Shown: piece after piece, positions 14,287 to 26,915 of the stretch
Position numbering within the stretch: the stretch's first letter is position 1
How the letters are laid out: every line of letters starts with the position of its first letter
Origin: Macrostomum lignano
Lineage: Eukaryota
Assembly: GCA_002269645.1 (NCBI GenBank)
Contig: NIVC01000268.1
Coordinates: 124,001 to 188,000, forward strand
Length of the DNA stretch: 64,000 nucleotides
Direction: 5' to 3'
The notes under the pieces: model-generated
Seen by the model: the letters and a program-made list of their open reading frames with translations, nothing else
Database searches by the model: none
What the model was told of the DNA's origin: nothing
Position numbers and translations under genes: made by a program

Positions 14287-15228
14287 GTGTCACCTGTTAT
14301 AGAAAAGTGCCACCTGTTATACAGAAGTGTCACCTGTTATACAGAAGTGTCACCTGTTATACAGAAGTGTCACCTGTTAGACAGGAGTGTCAACTGTTAT
14401 ACAGAAGTGTCACCTGTTATACAGAAGTGTCACCTGTTAGACAGGAGTGTCAACTGTTATACAGAAGTGTCACATGTTATAAAGAAGTGTCACCTGTTAG
14501 ACAGGAGTGTCAACTGTTATACAGAAGTGTCACATGTTATAAAGAAGTGTCACCTGCTAGACAGGAGTGTCAACTGTTATACAGAAGTGTCACATGTTAT
14601 AAAGAAGTGTCACCTGCTAGACAGGAGTGTCTACTGTTATACAGAAGTGTCACATGTTATACAGAAGTGTCACCTGTTAGACAGGAGTGTCAACTGTTAT
14701 ACAGAAGTGTCACCTGTTATACAGAAGTGTCACCTGTTAGACAGGAGTGTCAACTGTTATACAGAAGTGTCACATGTTATAAAGAAGTGTCACCTGCTAG
14801 ACAGGAGTGTCTACTGTTATACAGAAGTGTCACATGTTATAAAGAAGTGTCACCTGCTAGACAGGAGTGTCAACTGTTATACAGAAGTGTCACATGTTAT
14901 AAAGAAGTGTCACCTGCTAGACAGGAGTGTCTACTGTTATACAGAAGTGTCACATGTTATAAAGAAGTGTCACCTGCTAGACAGGAGTGTCTACTGTTAT
15001 ACAGAAGTTTCACATGTTATAAAGAAGTGTCACCTGCTAGACAGGAGTGTCTACTGTTATACAGAAGTGTCACATGTTATAAAGAAGTGTCACCTGCTAG
15101 ACAGGAGTGTCAACTGTTATACAGAAGTGTCACATGTTATAAAGAAGTGTCACCTGCTAGACAGGAGTGTCTACTGTTATACAGAAGTGTCACATGTTAT
15201 AAAGAAGTGTCACCTGCTAGACAGGAGT
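14287..15228. repeat. 20-bp minisatellite organised as a 60-bp (3x20) higher-order repeat
   Basis: Units GTGTCACATGTTATAAAGAA / GTGTCACCTGCTAGACAGGA / GTGTC(A/T)ACTGTTATACAGAA cycle with a 60-bp period. Confidence 0.95.
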
Positions 15229-15957
15229 ATCAGTTTGTTGAAATATATTTTGTATTTAACAATTCTTTGTTTCGGGTCGCATTTCAGGTTCATCAAAGCG
15301 TGCCATTTTGTCAGGGAAAAAATTGTTGTTGAAGTTTTTTTTCAAACATGAAGCAGTCTCGCTTCAGTGACCCAACTGGCTGAACGCGCTTTTTCCCCAA
15401 TTCTCCCTCTCTGGATTTCCAAAAAAACAACGCAATGCTTGCAGCGGAGTTTTCGACAGACTCGTGGAGATTTGAGCTGCAGCTTGGCTCATGGCATCTC
15501 ATGCAGGTCCTGTCAACATTGATTTCCTCTCCGCATTATAGAACTGCTAGGATGAATCTATAAGTATGGGAATATAGTTTTGAGGTTGAATCACGCTCAT
15601 ATCTGATAGTTTATTTAGTTGATTGCTTTTTCAGCAGCTCCGGATGATCAAGTTGCACTGACTTGTTACTGTTGTATCATATCTAGGACATGCCAGGCAA
15701 GAACGCAAATGCCCTAATGCAACGTTAATGTAATGTCTTGTAATCTTTAGTTGTGATCCTAGATAAGAGTTGATGAATCTTTTAATATCAAAATTTCATA
15801 ATTTATCTTATATACTACTGTTGGTAGAGCTGAAGTAAAAGCAATTATTGTTGTCAATTTTTTATTTTATAATTTAACTCACATTCGATTAATTTGCATC
15901 TGAAAATATTTCACTGCGTTTGGAAGACTAGCAGATCTTTGATTTAAGTGTTTGGGA

Positions 15958-16872
15958 GACTGTCAGGGAACTGTCAGGGGACTGTCTGGGGACTGTCAGG
16001 GGGACAGTGGGGTATCAGGAGAGACAGTGGGGTGTCAGGAGAGACAGTAGGGTGTCAGGAGAGACTTTAGGGTGTCAGGAGAGACAGTAGGGTGTCAGGA
16101 GAGACTTTAGGGTGTCAGGAGAGACTTTAGGGTGTCAGGAGAGACAGTAGGGTGTCAGGAGAGCCAGCAGGGTGTCAGGAGAGACAGTAGCGTGTCAGGA
16201 GAGCCAGTAGGGTGTCAGGAGAGCCAGTGGGGTGTCAGGAGAGCCAGTGGGCGTCAGGAGAGCCAGTGGGTGTCAGGAGAGCTAGTGGGGTGTCAGGAGA
16301 GCTAGTGGGGTGTCAGGAGAGCCAGTGGGTGTCAGGGGAGCTAGTGGGGTGTCAGGAGAGCTAGTGGGGTGTCAGGAGAGCCAGTGGGTGTCAGGGGAGC
16401 CAGTGTGGTGTCAGGGGAGATAGTGGAGTGTCAGGGGAGACAGTGCGGTGTCAGGGGAGATAGTGGGGTGTCAGGAGAGCCAGTGGGGTGTCAGGAGAGC
16501 CAGTGGGCGTCAGGAGAGCCAGTGGGTGTCAGGGGAGACAGGATGTCAGAAGAAACACTAGCGTGTCAGGAGAGACAGCAGGGTGTCAGGAGAGCTAGTG
16601 GGGTGTCAGGAGAGCTAGTGGGGTGTCAGGAGAGCCAGTGGGTGTCAGGGGAGCTAGTGGGGTGTCAGGAGAGCTAGTGGGGTGTCAGGAGAGCCAGTGG
16701 GTGTCAGGGGAGCCAGTGTGGTGTCAGGGGAGATAGTGGAGTGTCAGGGGAGACAGTGCGGTGTCAGGGGAGATAGTGGGGTGTCAGGAGAGCCAGTGGG
16801 TGTCAGGAGAGCCAGTGGGTGTCAGGAGAGCCAGTGCGGTGTCAGGGGAGATAGTGGGGTGTCAGGGGACAC
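15958..16872. repeat. 19-20-bp minisatellite (GTGTCAGGAGAGCCAGTGGG)
   Basis: Visible tandem units. Confidence 0.95.
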
Positions 16873-17339
16873 AGTGGAATGCAAAGGAAGGCAGTGAAAT
16901 ATTTGCAGAGGCCACGCAGGCTTGGAAACTCTTGAACAGTCAAGGCCAGATATAGAAAATATAAAGTAACGGCCGCTATGCACACAAAAGCACAATAATG
17001 AGCTCTCTTTACACCTTGAAAATTCACAGACCAGCGCCCGCGGTGGGTTTTCTGCCTCTCGCCTCGTCTGGCTCACTCGCCATCGCAATCGTGCGTGCAT
17101 TGTCCGGCGCTTTCCTATGCACACAAAAACTTTCTTTATACGTCTCGGGCAGATGTGCAGTTGGATGAGACAGTGCTTGCTCTGAATGGGCTGCAGTGGC
17201 CCGTATACAGTATATAGCTGTGTGCGAGCAAAGCTCTGCGCACTTGTTGCGGCTGCCAAATTTCTTGCTCTCCAAAGTCTTCTTCTCAGAAGAGATCTAT
17301 ATTGCTAAGCTAGGGTAAGTGCTCTGATGTGTTGTCATC

Positions 17340-18450
17340 TAACTCTGGTCTGTTGTCTGTTTGGTTGATCGCCCTGTAGTTTGGTCTGGTGTCTGTTTGG
17401 TTGATTGTCCTCTACTCTGGTCTGTTGTCTGGTTGGTTGATCGTCCTTACTCTGGTCTGTCGTCTGTTTGGTTGATCGTCCTCTACTCTGGTCTGTTGTC
17501 TGGTTGGTTGATCGTCCTTACTCTGGTCTGTTGTCTGGTTGGTTGATTGCCCTCTACTCTGGTCTGTTGTCTGGTTGGTTGATCGTCCTTACTCTGGTCT
17601 GTCGTCTGTTTGGTTGATCGTCCTTACTCTGGTCTGTTGTCTGGTTGGTTGATCGTCCTCTACTCTGGTCTGTTGTCTGGTTGGTTGATCGTCCTCTACT
17701 CTGGTCTGTCGTCTGTTTGGTTGATCGCCCTGTACTCTGGTCTGGTGTCTGTTTGGTTGATCGTCCTCTACTCTGGTCTGTTGTCTGGTTGGTTGATCGT
17801 CCTTACTCTGGTCTGTCGTCTGTTTGGTTGATCGTCCTTACTCTGGTCTGTCGTCTGTTTGGTTGATCGTCCTCTACTCTGATATGTTGTCTGTTTGGTT
17901 GATCGTCCTTACTCTGGTTTGTCGTCTGTTTGGTTGATCGTCCTCTACTCTGGTCTGTTGTCTGGTTGGTTGATCGTCCTCTACTCTGGTCTGTCGTCTG
18001 TTTGGTTGATCGCCCTGTACTCTGGTCTGGTGTCTGTTTGGTTGATTGTCCTTACTCTGGTCTGTTGTCTGTTTGGTTGATCGTCCTTACTCTGGTCTGT
18101 TGTCTGGTTGGTTGATCGTCCTCTACTCTGGTCTGTTGTCTGGTTGGTTGCTTCGTTGTCGTCTCCCCTGATCTATTGTCTGGTTGGTTGATCGTCCTCT
18201 ACTCTGGTCTGTTGTCTGGTTGGTTGCTTCGTTGTCGTCTCCCCTGATCTATTGTCTGGTTGGTTGATCGTCCTCTACTCTGGTCTGTTGTCTGGTTGGT
18301 TGATCCTCCTCTACTCTGGTCTGTTGTCTGGTTGGTTGCTTCGTTGTCGTCTCCCCTGATCTATTGTCTGGTTGGTTGATTGTCCTCTACTCTGGTCTGT
18401 TGTCTGGTTGGTTGCTTCGTTGTCGTCTCCCCTGATCTATTGTCTGGTTG
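17340..18450. repeat. ~35-bp minisatellite filling the intron upstream of the glycosyltransferase CDS
   Basis: Unit CTCTGGTCTGTTGTCTGGTTGGTTGATCGTCCTCTA, lying between donor GTAAGT (17315) and acceptor TCGCAG (18496). Confidence 0.93.
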
Positions 18451-18533
18451 CTATGTTGTCCTCTACGATCCGACCTGTTGTCTTGTTCTTTCGCAGACTG
18501 TCGCATTCTTACCCACTTCAATTCGCAGCCAGA

Positions 18534-21199
18534 ATGCAGCAACCGACGCAGTCCTCAATCCGACGCTGTCAGCAAAAATCATTTCGTCTCTACCGAAGAA
18601 ATCGCGCATTGATCCACTGCTTGATGTTTGTAATTCTGGTCACCCTAACCCTAGCAGCTGTGACTCAACCCGGTTGGAATGGCGACAAAGAGGTTGACAA
18701 TCTTTCCAATGCCGTAGCCGACATGGCACCGGTGGACCAGGTTCGAGTCCCAGCAGGTGGGCCGAATAAATTTGTGAACGAGGCGCCATGGGCAGTTAAA
18801 CGATCGCAAGACCAAGGGAAACTCATCATACCGAAGCTGATCCATCACTACTTTGGCGAGGTCGCGGGAATTCCAGCTAGACTGGTGTCTGAGATTCACA
18901 GCTGGGCTGTCAATCACCCGGATTATGAGATTCACTATTGGGATGCGGCCAGTGTGGAGACCAAACTGCTGAGCAAAGTTGAGTACGCCAAATATAAAAG
19001 GTTAGCTGGAGTATCATCTACTCACTGCATGCTGTAAAAAGATGCAGTGGGTTGTCAGGGGATGCAGTGGGTTGTCAGGGGAGGCAGTGGAGTGTCAGGG
19101 GATGCAGTGAAATGTCAGGGTAGACAGTGGAGTGTCAGGGTAGACAGTGGAGTGTCAGGGGATGCAGTGGAGTGTCAGGGTAGACAGTGGAGTGTCAGGG
19201 TAGACAGTGGAGTGTCAGGGTAGACAGTGGGGTGTCAGGGTAGACAGTGGAGTGTCAGGGTAGACAGTGGAGTGTCAGGGTAGACAGTGGAGTGTCAGGG
19301 TATGCAGTGGAGTGTCAGGGTATGCAGTGGAGTGTCAGGGGATGCAGTGGGGTGTCAGAGGATGCAGTGGAGTGTCAGGGGAGACAGTGGGATGTCAGAG
19401 ATTGCAGTGGAGTGTCAGGGTAGACAGTGGAGTGTCAGGGGATGCAGTGGAGTGTCAGGGGATGCAGCGGGGGTGTCAGGAGATGCAGTGGGGTGTCAGG
19501 GGATGCAGTGGAGTGTCAGGGTATGCAGTGGAGTGTCAGGAGATGCAGTGCAGTGTCAGGGGATGCAGCGGGGGTGTCAGGAGATGCAGTGGGGTGTCAG
19601 GGGATGCAGTGGGGTGTCAGAGGATGCAGTGGAGTGTCAGGGGAGACAGTGGGATGTCAGAGATTGCAGTGGAGTGTCAGGGTAGACAGTGGAGTGTCAG
19701 GGGATGCAGTGGAGTGTCAGGGGATGCAGTGCAGTGTCAGGGGATGCAGCGGGGGTGTCAGGAGATGCAGTGGGGTGTCAGGGGATGCAGTGGAGTGTCA
19801 GGGTATGCAGTGGAGTGTCAGGAGATGCAGTGCAGTGTCAGGGGATGCAGCGGGGGTGTCAGGAGATGCAGTGGGGTGTCAGGGGATGCAGTGGAGTGTC
19901 AGGGTATTCAGTGGAGTGTCAGGAGATGCAGTGGGGTGTCAGGGGATGCAGTGGAGTGTCAGGGTATGCAGTGGAGTGTCAGGAGATGCAGTGCAGTGTC
20001 AGGGGATGCAGCGGGGGTGTCAGGAGATGCAGTGGGGTGTCAGGGGATGCAGTGGAGTGTCAGGGTATTCAGTGGAGTGTCAGGAGATGCAGTGGGGGTG
20101 TCAGGGGATGCAGCGGGGGTGTCAGGAGATGCAGTGGAGTGTCAGGGTATGCAGTGGAGTGTCAGGGTATGCAGTGGAGTGTCAGGAGATGCAGTGGGGG
20201 TGTCAGGGGATGCAGCGGGGGTGTCAGGAGATGCAGTGGGGTGTCAGGGGATGCAGTGGAGTGTCAGAGGATGCAGTGGAGTGTCAGGGGAGACAGTGGG
20301 ATGTCAGAGATTGCAGTGGAGTGTCAGGGTAGACAGTGGAGTGTCAGGGGATGCAGTGGAGTGTCAGGGTATGCAGTGGAGTGTCAGGGGATGCAGTGGA
20401 GTGTCAGGGGATGCAGTGGAGTGTCAGGGTATGCAGTGGAGTGTCAGGGGATGCAGTGGAGTGTCAGGGGATGCAGTGGAGATCTCATGCCAATAATTTC
20501 AGATACTACTGGAACGGCACCGCCAGCTCCAGAGAGCGCAGCCTGATCGCCCGCCTGCTGATTCTGCATAGCCTCGGCGGCCTGTCACCCGACCTGAACA
20601 TGCGCTCGCTTCAGAGCTCCACCAGCTACCTGACCGACTCCAACTGCGTCATCGCTCAGGACCGAGTAGAGAAAGCGGTATTTCAATTCGATTTCGAATC
20701 TCTGCCCAGCCTGTCTTTTCTAGCCTGCAAACCGAAGCACCATTTTGTGGAGTATTTCCTGCGCAAGATCACCGAGGTGTCGCTCCGGACTGGGGCTGTT
20801 GTCCTTGACGTGGACACGCCGGCCTTCCTGCTGCACTCGTTCAACAGTGCTGTCGCAGCCTACGACGACGAATGCTCGGCGAGGGCTGACTGCGACTTCC
20901 AGGACCGCGTGTCCCTGGCCGAGCCGGCCATCTTCATGCCGGTGATGGAGCCTCACCTGTTCGACAGCCTCGTGGACAACTGCAGGCACAGGGACCGGCT
21001 GCCGTTTCTAAAAAAGGAGGCCTGCTACAACTTGGACGCTAACGGGAACAAACCAGCTGGCATGTCGCTGGCAATGCCGGTCTACCTGCCCGTGTGGGCT
21101 CCGAACAAAGACCGGCCGCTGCTGTCTCTGGCCAGGATCGCGCCGGCCGCTGGATTGACGCGGAAAGTCAAGAAGCATTGGAGATTCCAGCAGAGTTGA
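18534..21199 (+). CDS. Type II membrane GT32-like glycosyltransferase (DXD sugar-binding, Och1/A4GALT-like), ~387 aa; exons 18534-19000 and 20503-21199
   Basis: N-terminal basic tail + TM (ALIHCLMFVILVTLTLAAV). IIPKLIHHYF resembles IPKIIHQTW, WAVNHPDYEIHYWD resembles WxxxNPDYEYxLW, and RLLILHSLGGLSPDLN resembles RYxxLYxxGGxYxDxD. Phase-2 intron restores the frame (1164 nt total). Confidence 0.8.
19020..20480. repeat. 20-bp minisatellite (GTGTCAGGGGATGCAGTGGA) filling the GT32 intron
   Basis: Visible tandem units; the 285-409 aa ORFs here are artefacts. Confidence 0.96.
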
Positions 21200-21259
21200 A
21201 CTTTGAGCTTCATGAGTAGTTTTTTGATTTTTGATAGTAAATTTCAACTACTACTACCT

Positions 21260-21465
21260 GTGCTCTGTACGCAAACAGGCACTCGTACACACGCTCACAC
21301 AGAGTGTACATCGGCCCTTTGACTGTCTAATCGTCAGACATGTACACTCTGTGTGCCTTGTGGGTTGGCCCTCGTGGCTGTGAACCCCTTGGCCAATTTC
21401 GTGCACACACAAGCCCCAAATGAACGGATTCGAGAGTCAGACGCACTGAGCTGCTCTGCCCTATC
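21260..21465 (-). mobile_element. Diverged SINE family A copy with a different head
   Basis: Body similar to 5500-5620 (CACACAG..GTGTACA..GGCCC..CATGTACAC..GTTGGCCCTC); the head reads TAGGGCAGAGCAG...TCTCGAATCC on the minus strand. Confidence 0.55.
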
Positions 21466-21809
21466 AAATACTAACTGGTGTTAGTGTAAAAGCTTCAGGT
21501 GTTATAAATGAATACTTAGACCCTGACCTAAATAAGTTTGTCAAGTTAAACAAACTCAACATTGTATTCAAATTGTCGGGTTCCACCGATTGTACGAACG
21601 GGCTCTGTTGCAATGAGTTTTATTGAGAAAGATCCGCACTTATCCATTCTGTGTAAAAAATACCTTTTAATTCTCTCTGAAAATTGCTCCCGACTTGTAA
21701 TTTTGAGCTATGCTTCTCAATAGGCAGTATGAATAAAAAGAGCATTTGCTCACGAGAAACTTCTCCGCCTTTTAAATTACCCACTGGTAATGAATCGACA
21801 TCCAGTTAG

Positions 21810-22930
<1,121 letters not shown>

Positions 22931-23121
22931 AGTGGTTATAGCTGCCGAGGTGCACTGCCCCAAGGGCACCCATAGACTACGGCAGATTTTAACTTTCTGA
23001 GACATTAAGCTATGCTTCGCTCCTCGAGAGTGTGATTGATTCGCAAGGTTCAATATAGTTCTATCAAGTAAAGAAAGTCACGTGATGTCGCATTAATTAG
23101 CATAGCAAGCAATCAAATCAA

Positions 23122-26015
23122 ATGGCTGCAGTCGCGAAGCCTGACTCGGGAGGAGAGACCAGCAACAGCGAATCCGAAGCGGACTTTCCCGGTCACGAAG
23201 CCCTCGTGAACCAGCATCTTCAGCTGCTTGTTGAGTCTTCAAAGGCTAGCGATGTGGAACACCAGCAGCCGGATCTGCTTGAGCAGCAGATGCTGCTGAA
23301 GCTGCTAGTCTCCGAGCAGGAGACCATGCGAAACCAGAGCTCGAGCGTGAGGGAGCATCGGAGACGCCGCTTCCCATTTCTGTACAGCCGTCGGAAAGTC
23401 AGCCGAGACCACGGAGTTCAACAAGCTGAATACGACGAAGATGAAGATTTTGGAGCTGTTGACGATGCTAAACTGCGCCTTGCTGAAGTTGATGAGGAAT
23501 CTCAGAAAGAGCAAGTAAGTTTTGAGTCAAGTTTTCCTGTGCTCAAGTGTTCTTCACTGTTTCGTTGAGCTCATTATTGAACTTTGTGGCTGCATTCATT
23601 GGCTCTTGTCTAGAACATCAAGTGGATTTGCTGCCAGCTCTGCAAGTTAAGCTGAGATGCTAGCGGTTAGCACGCAGCTAAAGAGGCTGCTACAGTTTTC
23701 GTGCAAAAGCCACAAATCAGCTCGTAATGTGGCCGGAGATCGACCTTGGACTCGCAGCGCGAGGGTCAGGCGCGTCTGTCGTATCGCGTGAGCGGCTCGG
23801 TTCCAAATGATCATAATAATCCTAAAACGCACCTTTGCAGGACAGTTCAACCAGCCAATCAACATCCGAGCTGCAGCCGCCTCCGCCCAGCGGCCCAGCC
23901 AATCAGAGCAACGCCCAATTAGACGAGCCAATAGTTGGGTCTCGCTGGGAGCAGCGCCAGGGCTTGACCACAGTGTTCACCAACGAAACCATGGAGTCGC
24001 AGGGAGGTTGGGGCGGCGTCGGCGTCAGTGGCCGAAGTCGCGGCAGCGGAATTCGCGACATGAGCTCAATGTTCAGCGAAAGCGTTGGCAACAGCTCGAA
24101 ACAGATGGAGCGCCATCAATCTTTGGTGGTGTCCAACCTGATGGTGTGGCACCGCTACTCGGAGATTCCCTTCGACATCACGTCGAGCGAGTTCACCGTA
24201 AAGACGCCGGTGCTGCCGCTGGTTCAGGGCGGCCATCTGGTGTTTCTGATGAGCAAGTGCAACCAGAGCACCCACCACTACTCTGTGAAGATTATCAAGA
24301 AGGCAAACAGCAGCTTTGGCGGCGCATCCCGGATGAAGCGCCGACATTCGATCACGAATCAAACGGCCATTATTAACAAGGACGAGTTTCTCGTGCTAAA
24401 GAAACTGGCGCATCCGTTTGTAGCCATGCTGCTCTACTTCTGCGAGAATCAATCGTTGTATTACTATTTCTTTCCTCAGTACGTTCTGGCCAACCTGGCC
24501 ACCAATGTCAGCATGGTGAGAGTTGGGCCGCAGTTGTCACGAGGTTTCTTTTATCGCCTACAACAATTTCTGTTCTGTCACCCAAATGTGATTACATCAT
24601 ACTCCATCATAATAGGAGAAGTGATTACATTATACTCCATCATCACAATAGGAGAGGTGATTACATCATACTCCATCATCTCAATAGGAGAGGTGATAAC
24701 ATCATACTTCATCATCACAATAGGTGATTACATCATACTTCATCACAATAGGAGAGGTGATTACATCATACTTCATCACAATAGGAGAAGTGATTACATC
24801 ATACTCCATCATCACAATAGGAGAGGTGATTACATCATACTTCATCACAATAGGAGAGGTGATTACATCATACTTCATCACAATAGGAGAGGTGATTACA
24901 TCATACTTCATCACAATAGGAGGATATTACATCATACTTAATCACAATAGGAGAGGCGATAGAAGAGGCGATTACATCACGCTGCTGATCATATATCAAC
25001 ATACTTCTACTTAAGTCAACCATCAATCCCATTCGCACAGTACATGCGAATCGATGTGAAAGCCTGCGTTTACGTCACTTGCTGCATAATAAACGCGGTC
25101 GAATATCTTTATCGAAACTGCATCGTGCACCGCGACATCTCCTCCAAATGCGTTCTATTCAATGCCGACTTCAAGCCCGTGCTGTTCCATTTTGATTACG
25201 CAACCTTCTACGGCACCATGCAGAGCAGCGACGCCAGGCTGACCTTCCTGCCAGAGCTGGCCAGCCGGGCACCCGAGGTGATCAGCCCGGAAATATCCAG
25301 GGTATGCGAGCCGGAGCACTACGTCAACTGCGACATCTGGGGCGTTGGCGTGCTGCTGGGTGAGCTGCGTCTGCTGCTGCGGCTCGGTGTAGATAGGTAG
25401 TTAGACAGACAGACAGACAGACAGATAGACAGACAGTTAGATGGAGAGACAGACAGACAGACAGACAGAAAGACAGACAGACAGACAGACAGACAGGACA
25501 AACAGACAGATAGACATACAGAAGGATAGAGACAGAGATAGATAGACAGACATAGATAGATAGACAGACAGATAAAGAGACAGATAAAGACAGACAGACA
25601 GACAGACGGAAAGACAGACAGACAGACATAGATAGATAGATAGTTAGACAGAGTTACCCCACAATGCCCTACCACATCGCAAACCCATAAATACCCGTTT
25701 GCCACCCTGGAAGGCGAGCTTCTGCTCAACACCCTGGTGATGATGCGCGCCCTGAAGCGCAAGCTGGACCTGCACTGGGTGTTCTCAGTCCGAGAGGGCG
25801 GCCCGGACGACACGGGCATTGGCAGGTCGCACCCAACGGTGCCAAAAGACCTGATGGAGGTGCTGCGAATGTGCCTGAGAAAGTTTCCGCAAGACAGACC
25901 GACAATCTACACGCTCATGCAGCACCCGACCTTTCTCAAGTACGACGTGTCCAATGTTAACACAATTCACTGCAAGCCGTCGCCTCTCATTAGCGAATTC
26001 CATCGGCTTCTTTGA
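23122..26015 (+). CDS. Ser/Thr kinase-like protein, predicted pseudokinase (AGC-like fold), ~595 aa; exons 23122-23514, 23841-24515, 25041-25396 (or 25359), ~25652-26015
   Basis: VKIIKK lysine, helix-C glutamate (DEFLVL), HPFVAML, HRDISSKC, HFD in place of DFG, RAPE, DIWGVG, RPT..LMQHPTF. First two introns are canonical; the boundaries of the third are uncertain. Confidence 0.8.
24588..24980. repeat. 33-36-bp intronic minisatellite (GTGATTACATCATACTTCATCACAATAGGAGAG)
   Basis: Visible tandem units inside kinase intron 24516-25040. Confidence 0.93.
25400..25650 (+). repeat. (GACA/GATA)n microsatellite in last kinase intron
   Basis: Directly visible. Confidence 0.95.
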
Positions 26016-26194
26016 ACTCGTCGTGTTTTCAAGCTAGCGACTAGTGGACAAAATATCACTGAGTAGACTTGATACTTACTTTAATCAGACTATGATCAGA
26101 TTCTGAGAACTGAACCTGCGTTTTCATAAAGCCGATATAAATATAAAAGAATTTATAGCCGATTCTAGGTTGAGGGCGATTATTAACGGGGGTT

Positions 26195-26645
26195 GGGAAG
26201 CGATTCTCATGGGACGTTTGGGACGTGGGACGATTCTCACTGGAAGATTGGGGACGATTCTCATGGGAGGTTTAGGACGATTCTCATGGGAGGTTTGTTT
26301 GGGGATGAGTCTGAGAATCTCATGGGAGGTTTGGGACGATTCTCACGGGAGATTTGGGACGATTCTCATGGGAAGTTTGGGACGATTCTCATGGGAGGTT
26401 TGGGACGATTCTCACGAGAGGTTTGTTTGGGGATGAGTCTGAGAATCTCATGGGAGGTTTGGGACGATTCTCACGGGAGATTTGGGACGATTCTCATGGG
26501 AAGTTTGGGACGATTCTCATGGGAGGTTTGGGACGATTCTCACGAGAGGTTTGTTTGGGGCTGAGTCTGAGAATCTCATGGGAAGTTTGGGACGATTCTC
26601 ATGGGAGGTTTGGGACGATTCTCATGGGAGGTTTGGGACGATTCT
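26195..26645. repeat. 23-bp minisatellite (GGGACGATTCTCATGGGAGGTTT), intergenic
   Basis: Visible tandem units between the convergent kinase and RPS14 3' ends. Confidence 0.93.
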
Positions 26646-26915
26646 TACTGGCAGTTTAGCGGCGATTTTCGCGGTCAAATATGACATAATTTTAAAAAAT
26701 GACTAAACAAGAACTCCATTAATAAAATTTTTTTTTCTTCAGTCAGCCAAAATTGCTTAATCGACTCAAATTTATTATTTATGATCATTACTACAGCTGC
26801 TAACGGCAGTAACGCATCAACACAGCAGAGCCGGTTAGGCCAAGCGCACATAAAAGTCACCACAGTCTCACTAGCAGCCGATTAACAAACTAAGCCGGTC
26901 CGTAGCTCAACGAGT

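Noticed and set aside
14287-20496. Long Cys-rich ORFs (341-409 aa) suggesting metallothionein- or keratin-like proteins
   Set aside because: They are translations of 20-bp non-coding arrays, open in several frames at once; those at 19267-20496 lie within the GT32 intron.
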